From NCBI GenBank assembly GCA_963743915.1, contig CAVURN010000002.1:608001-672000 (forward strand): a stretch of DNA of 64,000 nt, given 5' to 3'. A program made the position numbers and the translations under genes. This document shows positions 27,850-41,770 of the stretch, in pieces. The notes under the pieces were generated by a model that saw only the letters and a program-made list of their open reading frames with translations, was not told the DNA's origin and did not search any database. The stretch's first letter is position 1, and every line of letters starts with the position of its first letter. The DNA comes from an uncultured Actinomycetota bacterium. Lineage in GTDB: Bacteria > Actinomycetota > Actinomycetes > JAHEKZ01.

Positions 27850-29035
27850 GTGCTCGTCATCGTCGCGCCCGGTCAGGGCGCCCAGGCTCCCGGCTTCCTC
27901 TCCCCCTGGCTCGAGCTGCCCGGATTCGAGGAGCGCCTCCAGTGGCTCGCCGCGGTGGCAGACCTCGATCTGCTGCACTTCGGCACCGAGGCTGACGCCG
28001 ACACCATCCGGGACACCGCCGTCGCCCAGCCGCTGCTGGTGGCGTCCGGACTGGTCTCGCTGCTCAGCCTCTTCCCCCATCCGGCCGACGCGTTCGGCAA
28101 GGTGGGCGTCGGCGCCGGTCACTCGGTCGGTGAGATCACCGCCGCCGCAGCCGCCGGCGTCATGTCGGCCGAGCAGGCGATGGTCTTCGTCCGCGAACGC
28201 GGCAAGGCCATGAAGGCCGCGGCAGCCGTCACCGAGACCGGGATGACCGCCGTCCTCGGCGGTGACCAGGAGACCGTCGTCGCGGCCATCGAGAAGCACG
28301 GCCTCACCGCTGCGAACATCAACGGTGCCGGCCAGATCGTCGCCGCAGGCACGACCGAGGACCTCGCACGCTTCCACGACGATCCCCCCGAGGGGACACG
28401 GCTCCGCCCGCTCTCGGTGGCAGGTGCGTTCCACACCCAGCACATGGCACCGGCGGTCAGCACCCTCGCCGGGTACGCACGAGCCATCTACACGCACGAC
28501 GCCCGCACCCGCCTGCTGTCGAACGCCGACGGTGGCGTCGTCCAGACCGGCCGCGAGTACCTCGCCCACCTGGTGCAACAGGTCTCCAGCCCGGTCCGGT
28601 GGGACCTGTGCATGCAGACCATGACCGACCTCGGCGTGACGGCGCTGATCGAGGTGCCGCCGGCGGGGACGCTGGCCGGCCTCGCCAAGCGGGCCATGCC
28701 CGGCGTCGAGGTCGTGGCGCTCAAGACACCCGACGACCTCGAGGCCGCCCGCGACCTCGTCGAACGTCACGGGACGCCCAGCCTGCTCGACTCCTCACCG
28801 TCCTGGCGGATGCTGGTCGCCCCGGCCAAGGGCATGTTCCGACGCGGCGTCGCCGCCGTCGGCGACGATCTCGAGCCTGGAGCCATCGCGGGCGTCGTCG
28901 CCACCAACCGGGGCGAGCAGCCGGTCGTCGCCCCGCACGGAGGAACCGTCGTCGAGTGGCTCGTCGAGGACGGCGACCCCGATCTCGCCCGGGCAGCCGG
29001 TCGTCCGCCTGCACCCGCACGAAGGTCTGTCGTGA
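27850..29035 (+). CDS. fabD: Malonyl-CoA:ACP transacylase with C-terminal biotinyl/lipoyl-like domain; frameshift near 28980
   Basis: PGQGAQ, GHSVGE, AGAFHT, PVRW; tail [17 protein letters not shown]. Confidence 0.92.
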
Positions 29036-30037
29036 GCGCACCGCTCAGCCCTCGTCCCGGTGCCCCGTTCGCGCGGATCCTGGGCGTCGGTGGCTACCGT
29101 CCCGCGCGCGTCGTCACCAACGACGACATCTGCCAGTACATCGACTCCTCCGACGAGTGGATCCGTGAGCGCTCCGGGATCGTCACCCGTCACTTCGCCG
29201 ACGCCGACGAGACGGTGGTCGACATGTCCGCGGCGGCCGCCGGCCAAGGCGCTCGCGGCCGCAGGCGTCGCCGCCGACCAGATCGACACCGTGATCGTCA
29301 GCACCGTCACCCACCTGACGCAGACGCCGTCCGCCGCTGCGGAGCTCGCCTTCCGGCTCGGCACCAAGGCCCCTGCCGCGTTCGACCTCAGCGCTGCGTG
29401 CGCCGGCTTCAGCTACGGCCTCGCGATCGCCCAGGACCTCATCCGGGGTGGCAGCGCGACCCACGTGCTGGTCGTCGGCGTCGAGAAGCTCTCGGACCTC
29501 ACCGACCCCACCGACCGCAGCATCGCGTTCATCTTCGGCGACGGTGCGGGAGCGGTCGTCGTCGGGCCGTCCGACACCCCCGGCATCGGGCCGGTCATCT
29601 GGGGGTCGGACGGCGAGCAGACCGAGGCCATCACGCAGGACTTCACGTGGAACGTGCTGCGGGACGACCCCGGTCACAAGTTTCCCTCGCTGCGCATGAA
29701 CGGCCAACAGGTGTTCCGCTGGGCGGTCTTCGAGATCGCCAAGGTCGCGCAGGAGGCACTCGACGCCGCAGGCATCACCTCAGAGCAGCTCGACGTCTTC
29801 ATCCCGCACCAGGCCAACATGCGGATCACCGACGCGATGAAGAAGAAGCTCAATCTGCCGGACCGGGTGGTCGTCGCGAGGGACATCGCCGAGACGGGAA
29901 ACACCTCGGCGGCGTCGATCCCGCTCGCGATGGGCCGCATGCTCGAAGAGGGTCAGATCAAGAAGGGCGACGTCGCGCTGCTCATCGGCTTCGGCGCCGG
30001 ACTCGTCTACTCCGCGCAGGTCGTCGTCGTGCCATAG
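29032..30037 (+). CDS. fabH: Beta-ketoacyl-ACP synthase III; frameshift near 29240
   Basis: [12 protein letters not shown] / AACAGF, PHQAN, GNTSAAS. Confidence 0.94.
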
Positions 30038-30104
30038 TCGTCCCGACCTCCCGCCTCCGCGGGAACAACCAGCAGATGCCAGTCACCGATCACAAGGAGC
30101 TCCC

Positions 30105-30350
30105 ATGGCGGACCAGCAGGAGATTCTCAGCGGCCTCGCTGAGATCGTGAACGAGGTCGCGGGTGTGCCCGTGGACAGCGTTCAGCTCGACAAGGCTTTC
30201 ACCGACGACCTGGACATCGACTCGCTGTCCATGGTCGAGGTGGTCGTGGCCGCCGAGGAGAAGTTCGGCGTCAAGATCCCCGACGACGACGTCAAGGACC
30301 TCCGCACCGTCGGCGATGCCGTCTCGTACATCGCGCAGGCCGGGGCCTGA
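30105..30350 (+). CDS. acpP: Acyl carrier protein
   Basis: [12 protein letters not shown]; AAGGAG RBS. Confidence 0.97.
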   Translation: MADQQEILSGLAEIVNEVAGVPVDSVQLDKAFTDDLDIDSLSMVEVVVAAEEKFGVKIPDDDVKDLRTVGDAVSYIAQAGA

Positions 30351-30353
30351 ACC

Positions 30354-31618
<1,265 letters not shown>

Positions 31619-31622
<4 letters not shown>

Positions 31623-33055
31623 CCACGACCGAACCGGCCCCGGCGCCCGCCAGGAAACCGAAGATCCCCCGCGAGGACGATCCCCGCAACCCGAACAAGC
31701 GGCTGCGCGCGCTGTTCGACGACGGGACGTTCGTCGCGCTCACCGCCGACGGTGACTCCGGAATGCTCGCCGGCCACGGCCTCGTCCGCGGCACGCATGC
31801 AGTGGCCTTCGCGTCGGACGCCACCGTCATGGGCGGCGCCATGGGTGCCGAGGGCTGCAAGGTCATCCTCGCCGCCTACGCCCGTGCCCTCGCCGACGAC
31901 ATCCCGGTGATCGGGCTGTGGCACTCCGGCGGCGCGCGGCTGGCTGAAGGCGTCGTCTCGCTGCACGCCGTCGGCGAGGTCTTCAACATCATGACCCGCG
32001 CGTCCGGTCGCATCCCCCAGATCTCCGTCGTGCTCGGGGCAGCGGCCGGCGGTGCCGCCTACGGCCCCGCACTCACCGACATCGTGATCCTTGGTCCCAA
32101 CGGACGCGTCTTCGTCACCGGGCCCGATGTCGTCCGCTCCGTCACCGGCGAGGACGTCGACATGGCGCGCCTCGGAGGCGCGGAGCCCCATGCGCGTCGC
32201 AGCGGTGTCGTGCACATCGCCACCGAGACCGACGAGGACGCCCTGGCCAAGGCTCGGGCGCTCACCTCGCTGCTCGGCGCCCAGGGTGAGCTCGAGGCCA
32301 GCACGCCGGTCGTCGACGTCGACCTCTCCGAGCACCTGCCGGAGTCGGCCAAGCGCGCCTACGACGTCCACCCTCTCGTCGACCACCTGCTCGACGAGGG
32401 CTCTGCCGTCGAGCTGCACGAGCGCTGGGCTCCCAACATCGTCACCACGCTCGGACGGCTCGGAGGACGGACCGTCGGCGTCATCGCCAACAACCCCCTG
32501 CGGCTCGGGGGCTGCCTCGACTCCCCCTCCGCCGAGAAGGCCGCGCGTTTCGTGCGGATGTGTGACGCGTTCGGCGTGCCCCTCGTCGTCGTGGTCGACG
32601 TACCGGGCTACCTGCCCGGGGTGGGTCAGGAGTGGGAAGGCGTCGTCCGGCGTGGCGCCAAGCTGCTGCACGCCTTCGCCGAGGCCGTCGTCCCACGTGT
32701 CACGGTGGTCACGCGCAAGGCCTACGGCGGTGCGTACATCGCCATGAACGCCCGCGCTCTCGGCGCAACCCGGGTGTTCGCCTGGCCCTCAGCCACCGTG
32801 GCGGTCATGGGCTCGATCGCAGCGGTCCGCATCCTGCACCGACGCCGGCTCGCCGAGCTGCCCGAGGACATTCGCGCCGAGGTCGAGCAGGAGCTCGCCG
32901 ACGAGCACGAGCTCATCGCCGGCGGCATTGAGAAGGCGAAGGCGCTCGGTGTCGTCGACGAGGTCATCGAGCCCTCGGCGACACGCTCGGCGCTGGCCGC
33001 CGCCATCGTCGCCGCCGCGCCGCTCCGCGGCCGCCACGGCAACATCCCCCTCTGA
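31619..33055 (+). CDS. accD: Acyl-CoA carboxylase carboxyltransferase (beta) subunit
   Basis: SGGARLAEG, GGAAYGP, DVPGYLPG, KAYGGAY, HGNIPL. Confidence 0.93.
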
Positions 33056-33112
33056 CTGAGCGATCATTCAGAAACGCCGCGGGGGTGGGCGTCTCACCCG
33101 TACCGTCCTCGC

Positions 33113-35141
33113 ATGAACCGCAAGAGAGAAGCCTTCCCGCGAGGGGGACGAGCGCTCGGTGCGGCACTGATCATCGGCGTGATGACGGTGTCGCTGGCCG
33201 CGACGGCCTTGAGCACGTCCGCCACCGCCTCCCCCGCCCCACCCTCGGGTGTTCCCGCAGGGCTGGAGAAGTGCACCCAGGCGCTCGCTGCCTGGTGCGG
33301 CGAGCTCGAGGTGCCGCTGGACCGCACGGGACGCACGCCCGGCACGACCACGGTCCGCTTCCAGTACTACCCGGCAACGGGAAGGACCGTGCCGGTGGGA
33401 ACGGTCGTGGCGCACGAGGGTGGTCCGGGATACGCGACCACGGACAGTGCCTCGTCGTTCCTGGAGCTGCTCGAGCCGTTGCGCACTGACCGCGCCATCC
33501 TGCTGGTGGACGCACGCGGGACCGGCTGGAGCGATCCCCTCGACTGTCCCGAGGCGCAGGCCTACTCCGGTGACTGGGTGGAGAACGCCACGCATCTGCG
33601 GTCAACGACTCGGACCGTCCAGCGACCTGTACACCACGGCGAACGCTGCCGCCGACATGGCCGACGTGCTCGCCTTCCTCGGCATCGGCAAGGTGGACCT
33701 CTACGGCGACAGCTACGGGTCCTTCTTCGCGCAGACCTTCACCGCGCGCTACCCCCAGCTGGTCCGCAGCGCGGTCTTCGACGGCACCTACCCGATCGAG
33801 GGGCTCGACCCCTGGTACGCGACGACGGCGGACCGCCTGCGCGAGAACCTGCAGCTCCTCTGTGCCCGCGCCTCCACCTGCCCGGTCGAGTCCGACGAGA
33901 TGGTCGGTCTGCTGGCCGAGGCTGTCCGCGCCGTGCGGGATCGGCCGGTCACCACCACGGCGCCGGACGCCTACGGCTACGACGTCCGCGTCACGCTCAC
34001 GCCCCGACGCATCCTCGACACGTTGCTCTACAGCGACACCACCCCGGGCTACGTCCGCGCGATCCCCGCCGCGCTCGTGGCGTTCGTCAACGACAACCCC
34101 CTGCCGCTCGCCAGGATGGTTGCCGAGGTCGAGGGTGCCAGCACCGATGCTTCACCCGGCAAGATGGCGATCCCGCGTCCCAACGACGAGCTGCGGAGCT
34201 TCTCCGAGGGCGCCTATCTGGCCTATGCCTGCTCGGACTACCCGCAGCTCTGGGACAAGTCCGCCGGACGCGCCGCGCGGGAACGCCAGTTCAGCAGTGC
34301 AGTAGCTGCACTGAACCCAGCCGTGTCACGTCCCTGGACCCCGCAGGAGTGGGCGTCGTCGGACTTCTTCGTCTACGACTACTGCATCGGCTGGCCGAAG
34401 CCGACGGTGGCCGAACCGCCCTTCCCCGGCGGGCGCTACCCCGACGTCCCGGTCCTCGTACTCAACGGTGACCTGGACCTGCGGACCGACGTGTACCAGG
34501 CGCGTGAGGTGGCACAGAACTTCCCGCGCTCCACCTACGTCGAGATCCCGCACGCCGGTCATGTCACGGCCATCTTCGATCCCGACGCCTGTGCCGCGGC
34601 CATCACCCGTCGCTTCATCCGCACGCTGGATGCCGGCGACACCTCGTGCACGGACGACATCCCCGAGCACCGGGTCGTCCAGCGCTTCGCCCCGAAGGCG
34701 GCGGGTGTCCCTCAGGCGGCCGTGGCGGGACCCGCCGACAGGTCAACCGCTCGGGACCGCCGGGCGGCGTACGTCGCAGTCGAGAGCGTCGCGGACGTCG
34801 TCGACCGCTGGTACGCCATCCCCGGTTACACGGGGAGCGGCCTCTACGGCGGCAAGTTCTCGATGTACTCCACCGCTGGGAACCCGTTCACCAACCGGGT
34901 GTGGTCACTCAGCCTCAACCACCTGAAGTGGGTCCGCGACATCCAAGTCACCGGGACCGGCACGATGCAGCGCGGCGACGGTCCGGCGCGGATGGATCTG
35001 ACGATCCGTGGCCCGGGGACCGACAACGGCGCGCTGACGCTGACCTGGCGCACCCGGCAGCCGGACGCACAGGTGCACATCACCGGCAAGGTCGGCGGAC
35101 GTACCGTCGACCTCTCGGCACCCGCCCCGAGCTACTACTAG
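33113..35141 (+). CDS. Secreted TAP-like alpha/beta hydrolase; frameshift near 33590
   Basis: Signal peptide; CGELEVPLD, GGPG, DARGTG; GDSYG nucleophile; GDLD, AGH. Confidence 0.88.
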
Positions 35142-35168
35142 CGCACGGTGCCGGTGCTGGACGCGCGA

Positions 35169-35198
35169 AGGCCCCTCCCGCCGCAGCGGAAGGGGCCT
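35169..35198. terminator. Hairpin between convergent genes
   Basis: AGGCCCCTCCCGC-CGCA-GCGGAAGGGGCCT. Confidence 0.55.
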
Positions 35199-35257
35199 CG
35201 TCGCGACCGGACAGGGAAGGGGACTCGTCCGGTCACACCGCTCCAGGCGTCGATCGG

Positions 35258-35764
35258 CTAGATCACCTGGTGCAGCCAACGGACCGGTGCGCCGTCACCG
35301 GCGTACCGAAAGGTCTCGAGCTCGTCGTCCCACGGGCGCCCGAGCAGCTGGTCGAGCGCGTCGGGCAACGACCCCTTGCCCGCATCGGCGTCGAGCATCG
35401 CGAGCCGGATGCGGTCCTCGGGCACCAGGATGTCTCCGTGCAGTCCCATCACCGCGTGGAAGATGCCCAGCGTCGGGGTGTACATGTACCGCTCACCCTC
35501 GAAGCCCGGCGAGGCCTCCTCGGTGATCTCGTACCGCACGTGCTCCCACCCCCGCATCGCTGAGGCGAGCGTGGAGGCGGTGCCCGGCGTCCCCTGCCAC
35601 GACAGCTCGGCGCGGTAGCTGGCGGTCTGCGCCGGTTGCGGCGTCCACTCGAGGCTGACCTGCCCGCCGAGGACACCGGCGATGGCCCACTCGATGTGCG
35701 GGCACAGCGCAGCAGGCGCGGAGTGGACGAACACCACGCCGCGCGTCGTCGGAGAAAGCGACAT
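35258..35764 (-). CDS. DUF3145 family protein
   Basis: RGVVFVHSAPAALCPHIEWA, WDDELETFR. Confidence 0.92.
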   Translation of the reverse strand: MSLSPTTRGVVFVHSAPAALCPHIEWAIAGVLGGQVSLEWTPQPAQTASYRAELSWQGTPGTASTLASAMRGWEHVRYEITEEASPGFEGERYMYTPTLGIFHAVMGLHGDILVPEDRIRLAMLDADAGKGSLPDALDQLLGRPWDDELETFRYAGDGAPVRWLHQVI

Positions 35765-35915
35765 CCCGGCCTCCTTCGTGAGGGTCGCCTTCCCCAGCTC
35801 CCTCACCGGTGGACTGCCGGTCCTCGCATTCTGCCCCACGAGCCGGTCGCGGGCCACCACCGACGCCCCCGGAGTGGCGCCGGTTACCCGCTGGTAGCCC
35901 GCCGCCGGTGGACGG

Positions 35916-36402
35916 CTACGAGAGCCAGACGCCGACGGCCCAGACGATGACGATCGCGACCCCCGCCAGACCCTGCACCACTGTGCCGACGCCGTAGCCC
36001 TGAAGCGCCGCCCAGGTGGTGTCCCAGGCGACGCGGGGGTCCTTCAGCCGGAGCAGCTCGGCCAGCCAGATCGCGCCGATCGCGCCCACGACCAGGCCCA
36101 GCACCGGGATCGTGAAGAAGCCGACGATCGCGCCGACCATGCCGACGAGGAGGACCCAGGCAGGGCGCACCGGCGCCGGACGCCCGCTTGCTGGTCATCG
36201 CCAGCCCGGCCACCGTGCCGACCGCCGCCAGGACCGTCACGACGGCGAACGTCGTCCACCGCCAGGTCCCGCCGCCGTCCAGCAGCGCCCAGACGCCGAC
36301 CGCCGCCCACATCAGCGCCAGCCCCGGCAGCACCGGGACCACCAGGCCCACGAGCCCCACGACCAGCACCGCGGCGACGAGGATCTCCAGCCAGGGCGTC
36401 AC
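35916..36402 (-). CDS. DUF456 family membrane protein; frameshift near 36165
   Basis: GLVVPVLPG; GAIVGFFTIPVLG in the next frame. Confidence 0.85.
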
Positions 36403-36465
36403 CGCCCGATCGTCCCACGCACCCACCGGGATGTGCGCTACGCCGAAAGGGCGCAGACTGGATCC

Positions 36466-38013
36466 GTGTCACCCACCGAAGAAGCAGACGCCCCCGTGAA
36501 GCGACGTGTGCTAGTGACTGGTGCGACCGGCTACATCGGCGGACGGCTGGTGCCCGCGCTGCTCGACGGCGGGCTACCGGTGCGCGCGCTGGCCCGCTCG
36601 CCCGAACGGCTGCGCGACATGCCGTGGGCCGACCAGATCGAGATCGTCCGCGGCGACGCGTCCGTCCCTGCGGACCTCGACCGCGCGATGGCCGACGTGG
36701 ACGTCGCCTACTACCTGCTGCACTCGCTCGTCGAGGGCGAGGGGTTCGAGGACACCGAGTCGGCGATGGCCACCACCTTCGGTGACGCCGCGCGTCGCGC
36801 CGACGTCCGTCGCATCGTCTACCTCGGCGGGCTGGTGCCGGCCGGCAGCCGTCCAGCAGCCTCTCGCCGCACCTGCGCTCGCGGGTGAGGGTCGGCGAGA
36901 TCCTCCGCGAGTCCGGCGTGCCCACGGCCGAGCTGCGGGCCGCCGTCATCATCGGCTCCGGATCAGCCTCGTTCGAGATGCTCCGCTACCTGACCGAGCG
37001 GCTGCCCGCCATGGTCACGCCGCGGTGGGTGCACAACCGCATCCAGCCGATCGCCATCCGCGACGTGCTGCGCTACCTCGTGGCGTCCGCCGAGCTGCCG
37101 GATGACGTCAGCCGCGCGTTCGACATCGGCGGACCGGACGTGCTGACCTACCGCGACATGATGCAGCGCTACGCGCAGGTGGCCGAGCTGTCGCGTCGCA
37201 TCATCGTGCCGGTGCCGGTGCTGTCGCCGACGCTGTCGAGCCACTGGGTGGGCCTCGTCACTCCCGTGCCCAGCTCCATCGCGCGCCCGTTGGTGGAGTC
37301 GTTGCGGCACGAGGTGTTCTGCCACGAACACGACATCGCCGACTACGTTCCAGATCCCGACGGCGGACTGGTCGGCTTCGACCGCGCCGTCGAGCTGGCG
37401 CTGCGTCGCATCAAGGACGCCGACGTCGTGACCCGCTGGTCGAACGCCTCGGTCCGCGGTGCACCGAGCGACCCCTTGCCGAGCGACCCTGACTGGGCCG
37501 GTGGCTCGCTCTACACCGACGAGCGCGAGCGCGAGACGACGGCCTCCCCCGAGGCGCTGTGGCAGGTGATCGAGGGCATCGGCGGACGAGCGCGGGTGGT
37601 ACTCGTTCCCGCTCGCCTGGGGGGTGCGTGGGCTGCTCGACCGGACCGTCGGCGGGGTGGGCCTGCGCCGAGGACGGCGCGACCCGGACCGGTTGATGGT
37701 CGGCGAGTCGCTCGACTTCTGGCGGGTCGAGGAGCGGCTGCCCGGTGAGCTGCTGCGGCTGCGCGCCGAGATGCGGGTGCCGGGGCTCGCCTGGCTCGAG
37801 CTCGCGATCGAGCGCGACCCGACCACGTACCGGCAGCGGGCCATCTTCCACCCGCGTGGACTGTGGGGGCACGCCTACTGGTGGATGGTGTCGCCCTTCC
37901 ACGGCATCGTCTTCGGCTCGATGGTGCGCAACATCGTCGCAGCCGCCGAGGCACTGGACGCCGACCCTGAGATGCCGGTGCGTCAGCCGAGCACGTCCGC
38001 CCAGGTCGGGTAG
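36466..38013 (+). CDS. NAD(P)-binding SDR/epimerase with DUF2867 (YbjT-like); two frameshifts
   Basis: TGATGYIGG, IIGSGSASFE, GESLDFWRVE, LRAEMRVPG. Confidence 0.88.
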
Positions 38014-39409
38014 CCGGGCGCGACGCGAGGCCAGGGGTGGGCCTGCTCCCACCGCGGCGCCAGGTCGAGCAGCATCCCGTCGCGGTACCGCGGGCCGACC
38101 ACCTGCAGCCCGAACGGGACGCCGATCAAGGTGATCCCGGCCGGCAGCGAGAGCGTCGGGATGACCGCTGATGTTGGTGAACGGGGTGTTGAACACCTCC
38201 GGCGGCAGCATCCCGGGCTCGTCCGTCGGCGACATCCGTCCGTCGGCGAGCCATCCTGCGGCCGCGTTGACGGGGCTGAGCAGCACGCCGTCGTCACCGA
38301 GGACGGTGTCCATGGCGCGCACCAGGTCGAACCGGCGACGACGCGCGGCGAGGTAGCCGTCCAGCGTGATGCCCAGACCCCACTCCATGAAGCCGCGGGC
38401 CGCCGGGTGCATGCGGTCGAGGTGCTCCTCGACCCAGGGTCGCCCGAAGCGTGCGACGTGCTCGACGGTGGCCACTGTGAACCAGTCGTCGTCGACGTCG
38501 ATGCCTCCGCAGAGGTCGTCAGCCGTGATCGTCTGCACCTCGACGCCCACGAGGTCAGCCATCTGCCCCACCGCTCGCTCGAAGGGCTCGCGGACGTCGT
38601 CCGGCAGCGCCAGACCCGGAGGCGAAACGGTCGACCCGGACCACTCGCCGCACCGCTCGGGGCGCGGCACTCTCGCGCAGCTGGTCCGCCGGCAGGGAGA
38701 CCGGGTCGCCGGCGACAGCACCCACCTCGACCTGCCAGAGCAGGGCGAGGTCGGCAGCGGAGGTGGCGAGCGGACCTTCGGTGGACATGTCGATCCAGTC
38801 CGGTGCCGGCCAGCGCCCGATGAGTCCGTGCGTGGGTTTGATACCGGCCAGCCCGCAGAAGCCCGCAGGGATGCGGATCGAGCCACCCCCGTCGGTCGCC
38901 GTCGCGATCGGCACCATCCCCGCCGCCACGGCTGCGCCACTGCCTCCGCTGGAGCCGCCCGGTGAGTGGTCCAGGCTCCACGGGTTCCGCGTGACCCCGA
39001 AGACCAGGTTGTCGGTGTAGCCCTCGGTGGCGAACTCCGGCAGGTTCGACTTGCCGACGATCACGGCACCCGCGTCGGTCAGACGCCGCGGGACCGTTCC
39101 GTGGGCGCTCGCCGGCGCCGCGTCCGCGAACAGCGCGGACCCCATGGTGGTCACCATCCCGGCGACGTCCTCGAGGTCCTTGACGAGCACCGGGACGCCC
39201 GCGAGCGGTCCCGGATCACGTCCCGCCGCCACCGCGGCGTCCACCCCGGCAGCGGCCTGGCGTGCCTCGTCGTCGCACCGCGCGACCACTGCGTTGAGCG
39301 CACCGTCGTGCGCGTCGACGCGGCGCAACGCCTCATCGACGAGGTCGACGGCGCGCACCTTGCCTGAGCGGACAGCAGCGGCCAGCGAGGCGATGTCTCC
39401 GGGTGCCAT
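37983..39409 (-). CDS. Amidase-signature family protein; two frameshifts
   Basis: VKDL, PGGSSGGS, DGGGSIRIPA, GVPFGLQVVG. Confidence 0.9.
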
Positions 39410-39446
39410 GGCACAGCACCGTAGGCCACACCAGCGCACCGTTCGA

Positions 39447-39473
39447 GCCGAGTGTCCCCCAGGGGCACTCGGC
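39447..39473. repeat. Short hairpin with GCCGAGTG/CACTCGGC ends
   Basis: GCCGAGTGTCCCCCAGGGGCACTCGGC. Confidence 0.65.
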
Positions 39474-39478
39474 GGGCC

Positions 39479-40912
39479 TTAGGTGTTGCGCCCGCCCATC
39501 GCCTGCATCAGCACCTGCTGCCACTGACGCAGGTGGATGTCGGGGAGGAACTCCTCGACCGCGCGCTCGTGTCCGGCCTGGCCCAGCCGACGAGCCTGCT
39601 CGGGGTCGTCCAACAGCTCGCGGACGATGGCGCCGAACTCGGCCAGGTCGGTGGGGTCCTTGACCAGTCGTCCGTTCACCCCGTCGGTGATCTGGTCAGT
39701 GATGCCGCCGACCGCGGAGGCCACGACCGGCGTGCCCTTGTACAGCGCCTCGGTCACGGTGAGACCGAATCCCTCGGCCAGACTCTTCTGCACCACCACG
39801 TCGGCATGTCGTTGCAGGGCGTTGACGATGGCGGCGTTCTCTTCGACATCGATGAGCGGCAGGCAGACCAGCTGCACGCGGCTGCGCGCTGCGTGCGGCA
39901 GCGCGCGCCAGAGCTCGGTGACCTCCTCGAGCACCTGCGCCGCCTCCGGGTCGTCAGCGACTGCCGTGACGACCGGGCCTGCGAGCACCAGGTGCGCGTC
40001 CGTCCCGTCGAGGACGTGCTCGACGAACCCGTGCATGACACCGCGCATGTCCTTCAGCGGGTCCCACCGCGAGATCTGGACCACCAGCTGCGCCGATGCC
40101 GACGGCGCCGGCCCGGTGCGGGTGATGTCGGCGTAGTGGCGGATCCGACCGGGCGAGCCGTCCTGCCGCATGAAGGTCACGGGCTCGACCACGGGTGAGT
40201 CCAGAAGCCCGACGTGCGCCAGTGCGTGGACGACCGTGCTGTCGTCCATCGGTTGGTTCTTGGGCGCGAGCGGGTCGATCGACGGCTTGATGACGTGCAG
40301 CCGGTCCCGCGGGATCCACGAGGGTGCGTACTGCTCACGCGTGAACACGTACGCATCGACATAGGGCTCGAGGTAGGGCCTGAGGAAGGTCCACGCCTCC
40401 TCGGTGAACTCGTTCGATCCGTCGATGCCGATGTGGCACCGCCACACGACCGGCAGCCCCCATGACTTCAGCGCGGCCGCCAGGCCGGCGGGCTGAGGGT
40501 CGTGGACGATCACCGCATCTCCGGGGAACACCGTCGCCGCCAGCATCTCGGCGTTGCGCCGCATCACCTCGTCGTAGTGGTCGTGCTCGGCACCGCCCAG
40601 CGAGCCGTCGTCGCCAGGACGACCGTGGATCCGGTGGTGCAGGCGCTTGGTGATCGCGAAGAACTCCGGGTCACCTTCGACGACGAGCCATCGGGCGTCG
40701 ACGCCCGCGCCGCGGGTGAAGGGCAGGAGCACCTGCAGCATCTCGGCGACGCCGCCACCGGTGGCGGTCGAGTTGATGTTGACCACCGAGTGACCTGCCA
40801 GCTGCTCGCGCATCTGCGGTGCGACGTCCTCGAGCAGGGAACGGAGCCGCTCGAGCGGCACGACGGCCCCCAGCTCGGACGGCGAGCGGGCCGGAAAGCG
40901 GACTTCGTGCAT
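39479..40912 (-). CDS. treT: GT4 glycosyltransferase, TreT trehalose-synthase-like
   Basis: NSTATGGGVAEML, HDPQPAG, WRCHI, SRWDPLKD, QKSLAEGFGLTVTEA. Confidence 0.85.
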   Translation of the reverse strand: MHEVRFPARSPSELGAVVPLERLRSLLEDVAPQMREQLAGHSVVNINSTATGGGVAEMLQVLLPFTRGAGVDARWLVVEGDPEFFAITKRLHHRIHGRPGDDGSLGGAEHDHYDEVMRRNAEMLAATVFPGDAVIVHDPQPAGLAAALKSWGLPVVWRCHIGIDGSNEFTEEAWTFLRPYLEPYVDAYVFTREQYAPSWIPRDRLHVIKPSIDPLAPKNQPMDDSTVVHALAHVGLLDSPVVEPVTFMRQDGSPGRIRHYADITRTGPAPSASAQLVVQISRWDPLKDMRGVMHGFVEHVLDGTDAHLVLAGPVVTAVADDPEAAQVLEEVTELWRALPHAARSRVQLVCLPLIDVEENAAIVNALQRHADVVVQKSLAEGFGLTVTEALYKGTPVVASAVGGITDQITDGVNGRLVKDPTDLAEFGAIVRELLDDPEQARRLGQAGHERAVEEFLPDIHLRQWQQVLMQAMGGRNT

Positions 40913-40980
40913 CGATGCCTCCTCGGCGTGCCAGCAACCCCCACAGGCTATGCGCCCCGCAGCGGGGGACGCGATCGAGG

Positions 40981-41756
40981 TCACGCCAGCAGCGCCGCCA
41001 CCTGGGTCGCGGCGGCGACCGCCAACGGACCCAGCGCATCGAGCCGCTCGGCCGGAATCCGGCGCTCCGGGCCCCAGACGTTGACGACCGCGATCGGACG
41101 CCGTCGCGCGTCGAGGACTGCGGCCGAGACACCGTTGGTGAGCGCCGCGTCCTCGCCCAGGCAGCGCGCGTAGCCGAGCCGCCGCGCTTCGGCCAGCTCG
41201 GTCTCCAGCGCTGGCCCGGTCGATGATCGTGTTCTCGGTGAAGGGCTCGAGCGTCGGGGGCAGCGCACCGTCGCGCTCGGCGTCGGACAGCCACGCCAGG
41301 AAGATCTTGCCGCTGGACGTCGAGTGCAGCGAGACCCGTTCCTCGGTCCACGGGGTGAAGGTGCCGCCGATGACCGACAGGTGGTCGACGTAGCGCAGGC
41401 TGGCGGTCTTCACGAGCGCGAGGCTGACGGTCTCGCCGGTCTGCTCCGACAGGTTCTCGAGCACCGGACGCACCCGTCGCACCACGGACGCCTCGTCGGC
41501 CGCCGCACCGAGGCGCACCGCGCCGTAGCCGACGCGGTAGCCGTGCTCGCCGGACGCCCGCTCGACCATGCCGTGGGACTCGAGGGTGGCCAGCAGCCGC
41601 CATGCGGTGCTGCGGTTGATGCCGCACCGGTCGGCGAGCTCGGCGACCGGTGGGAGGGTCCTGGCTCGCCGCGACCGCCGCCAGCAGGTCGAGGGCGCGG
41701 TCCACCGCCTGCACCGACTGGGCCGGGCCCGACCGCGGTGGAACGTGCGGACTCAA
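40981..41756 (-). CDS. IclR family regulator; two frameshifts
   Basis: QSVQAVDRAL / INRSTAWRLLATL, LHSTSSGK / GYA...GVSAAV. Confidence 0.85.
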
Positions 41757-41770
41757 CCACCGGGAACTCC

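Noticed and set aside
27799-30150. Apparent 783-aa FabD-FabH fusion
   Set aside because: Artefact of frameshifts near 28980 and 29240; restoring frames gives separate GTGA-coupled genes
39479-41569. Apparent IclR-glycosyltransferase fusion (696 aa)
   Set aside because: A frameshift in iclR reads through into treT, which has its own GAGGAGG RBS and ATG at 40912
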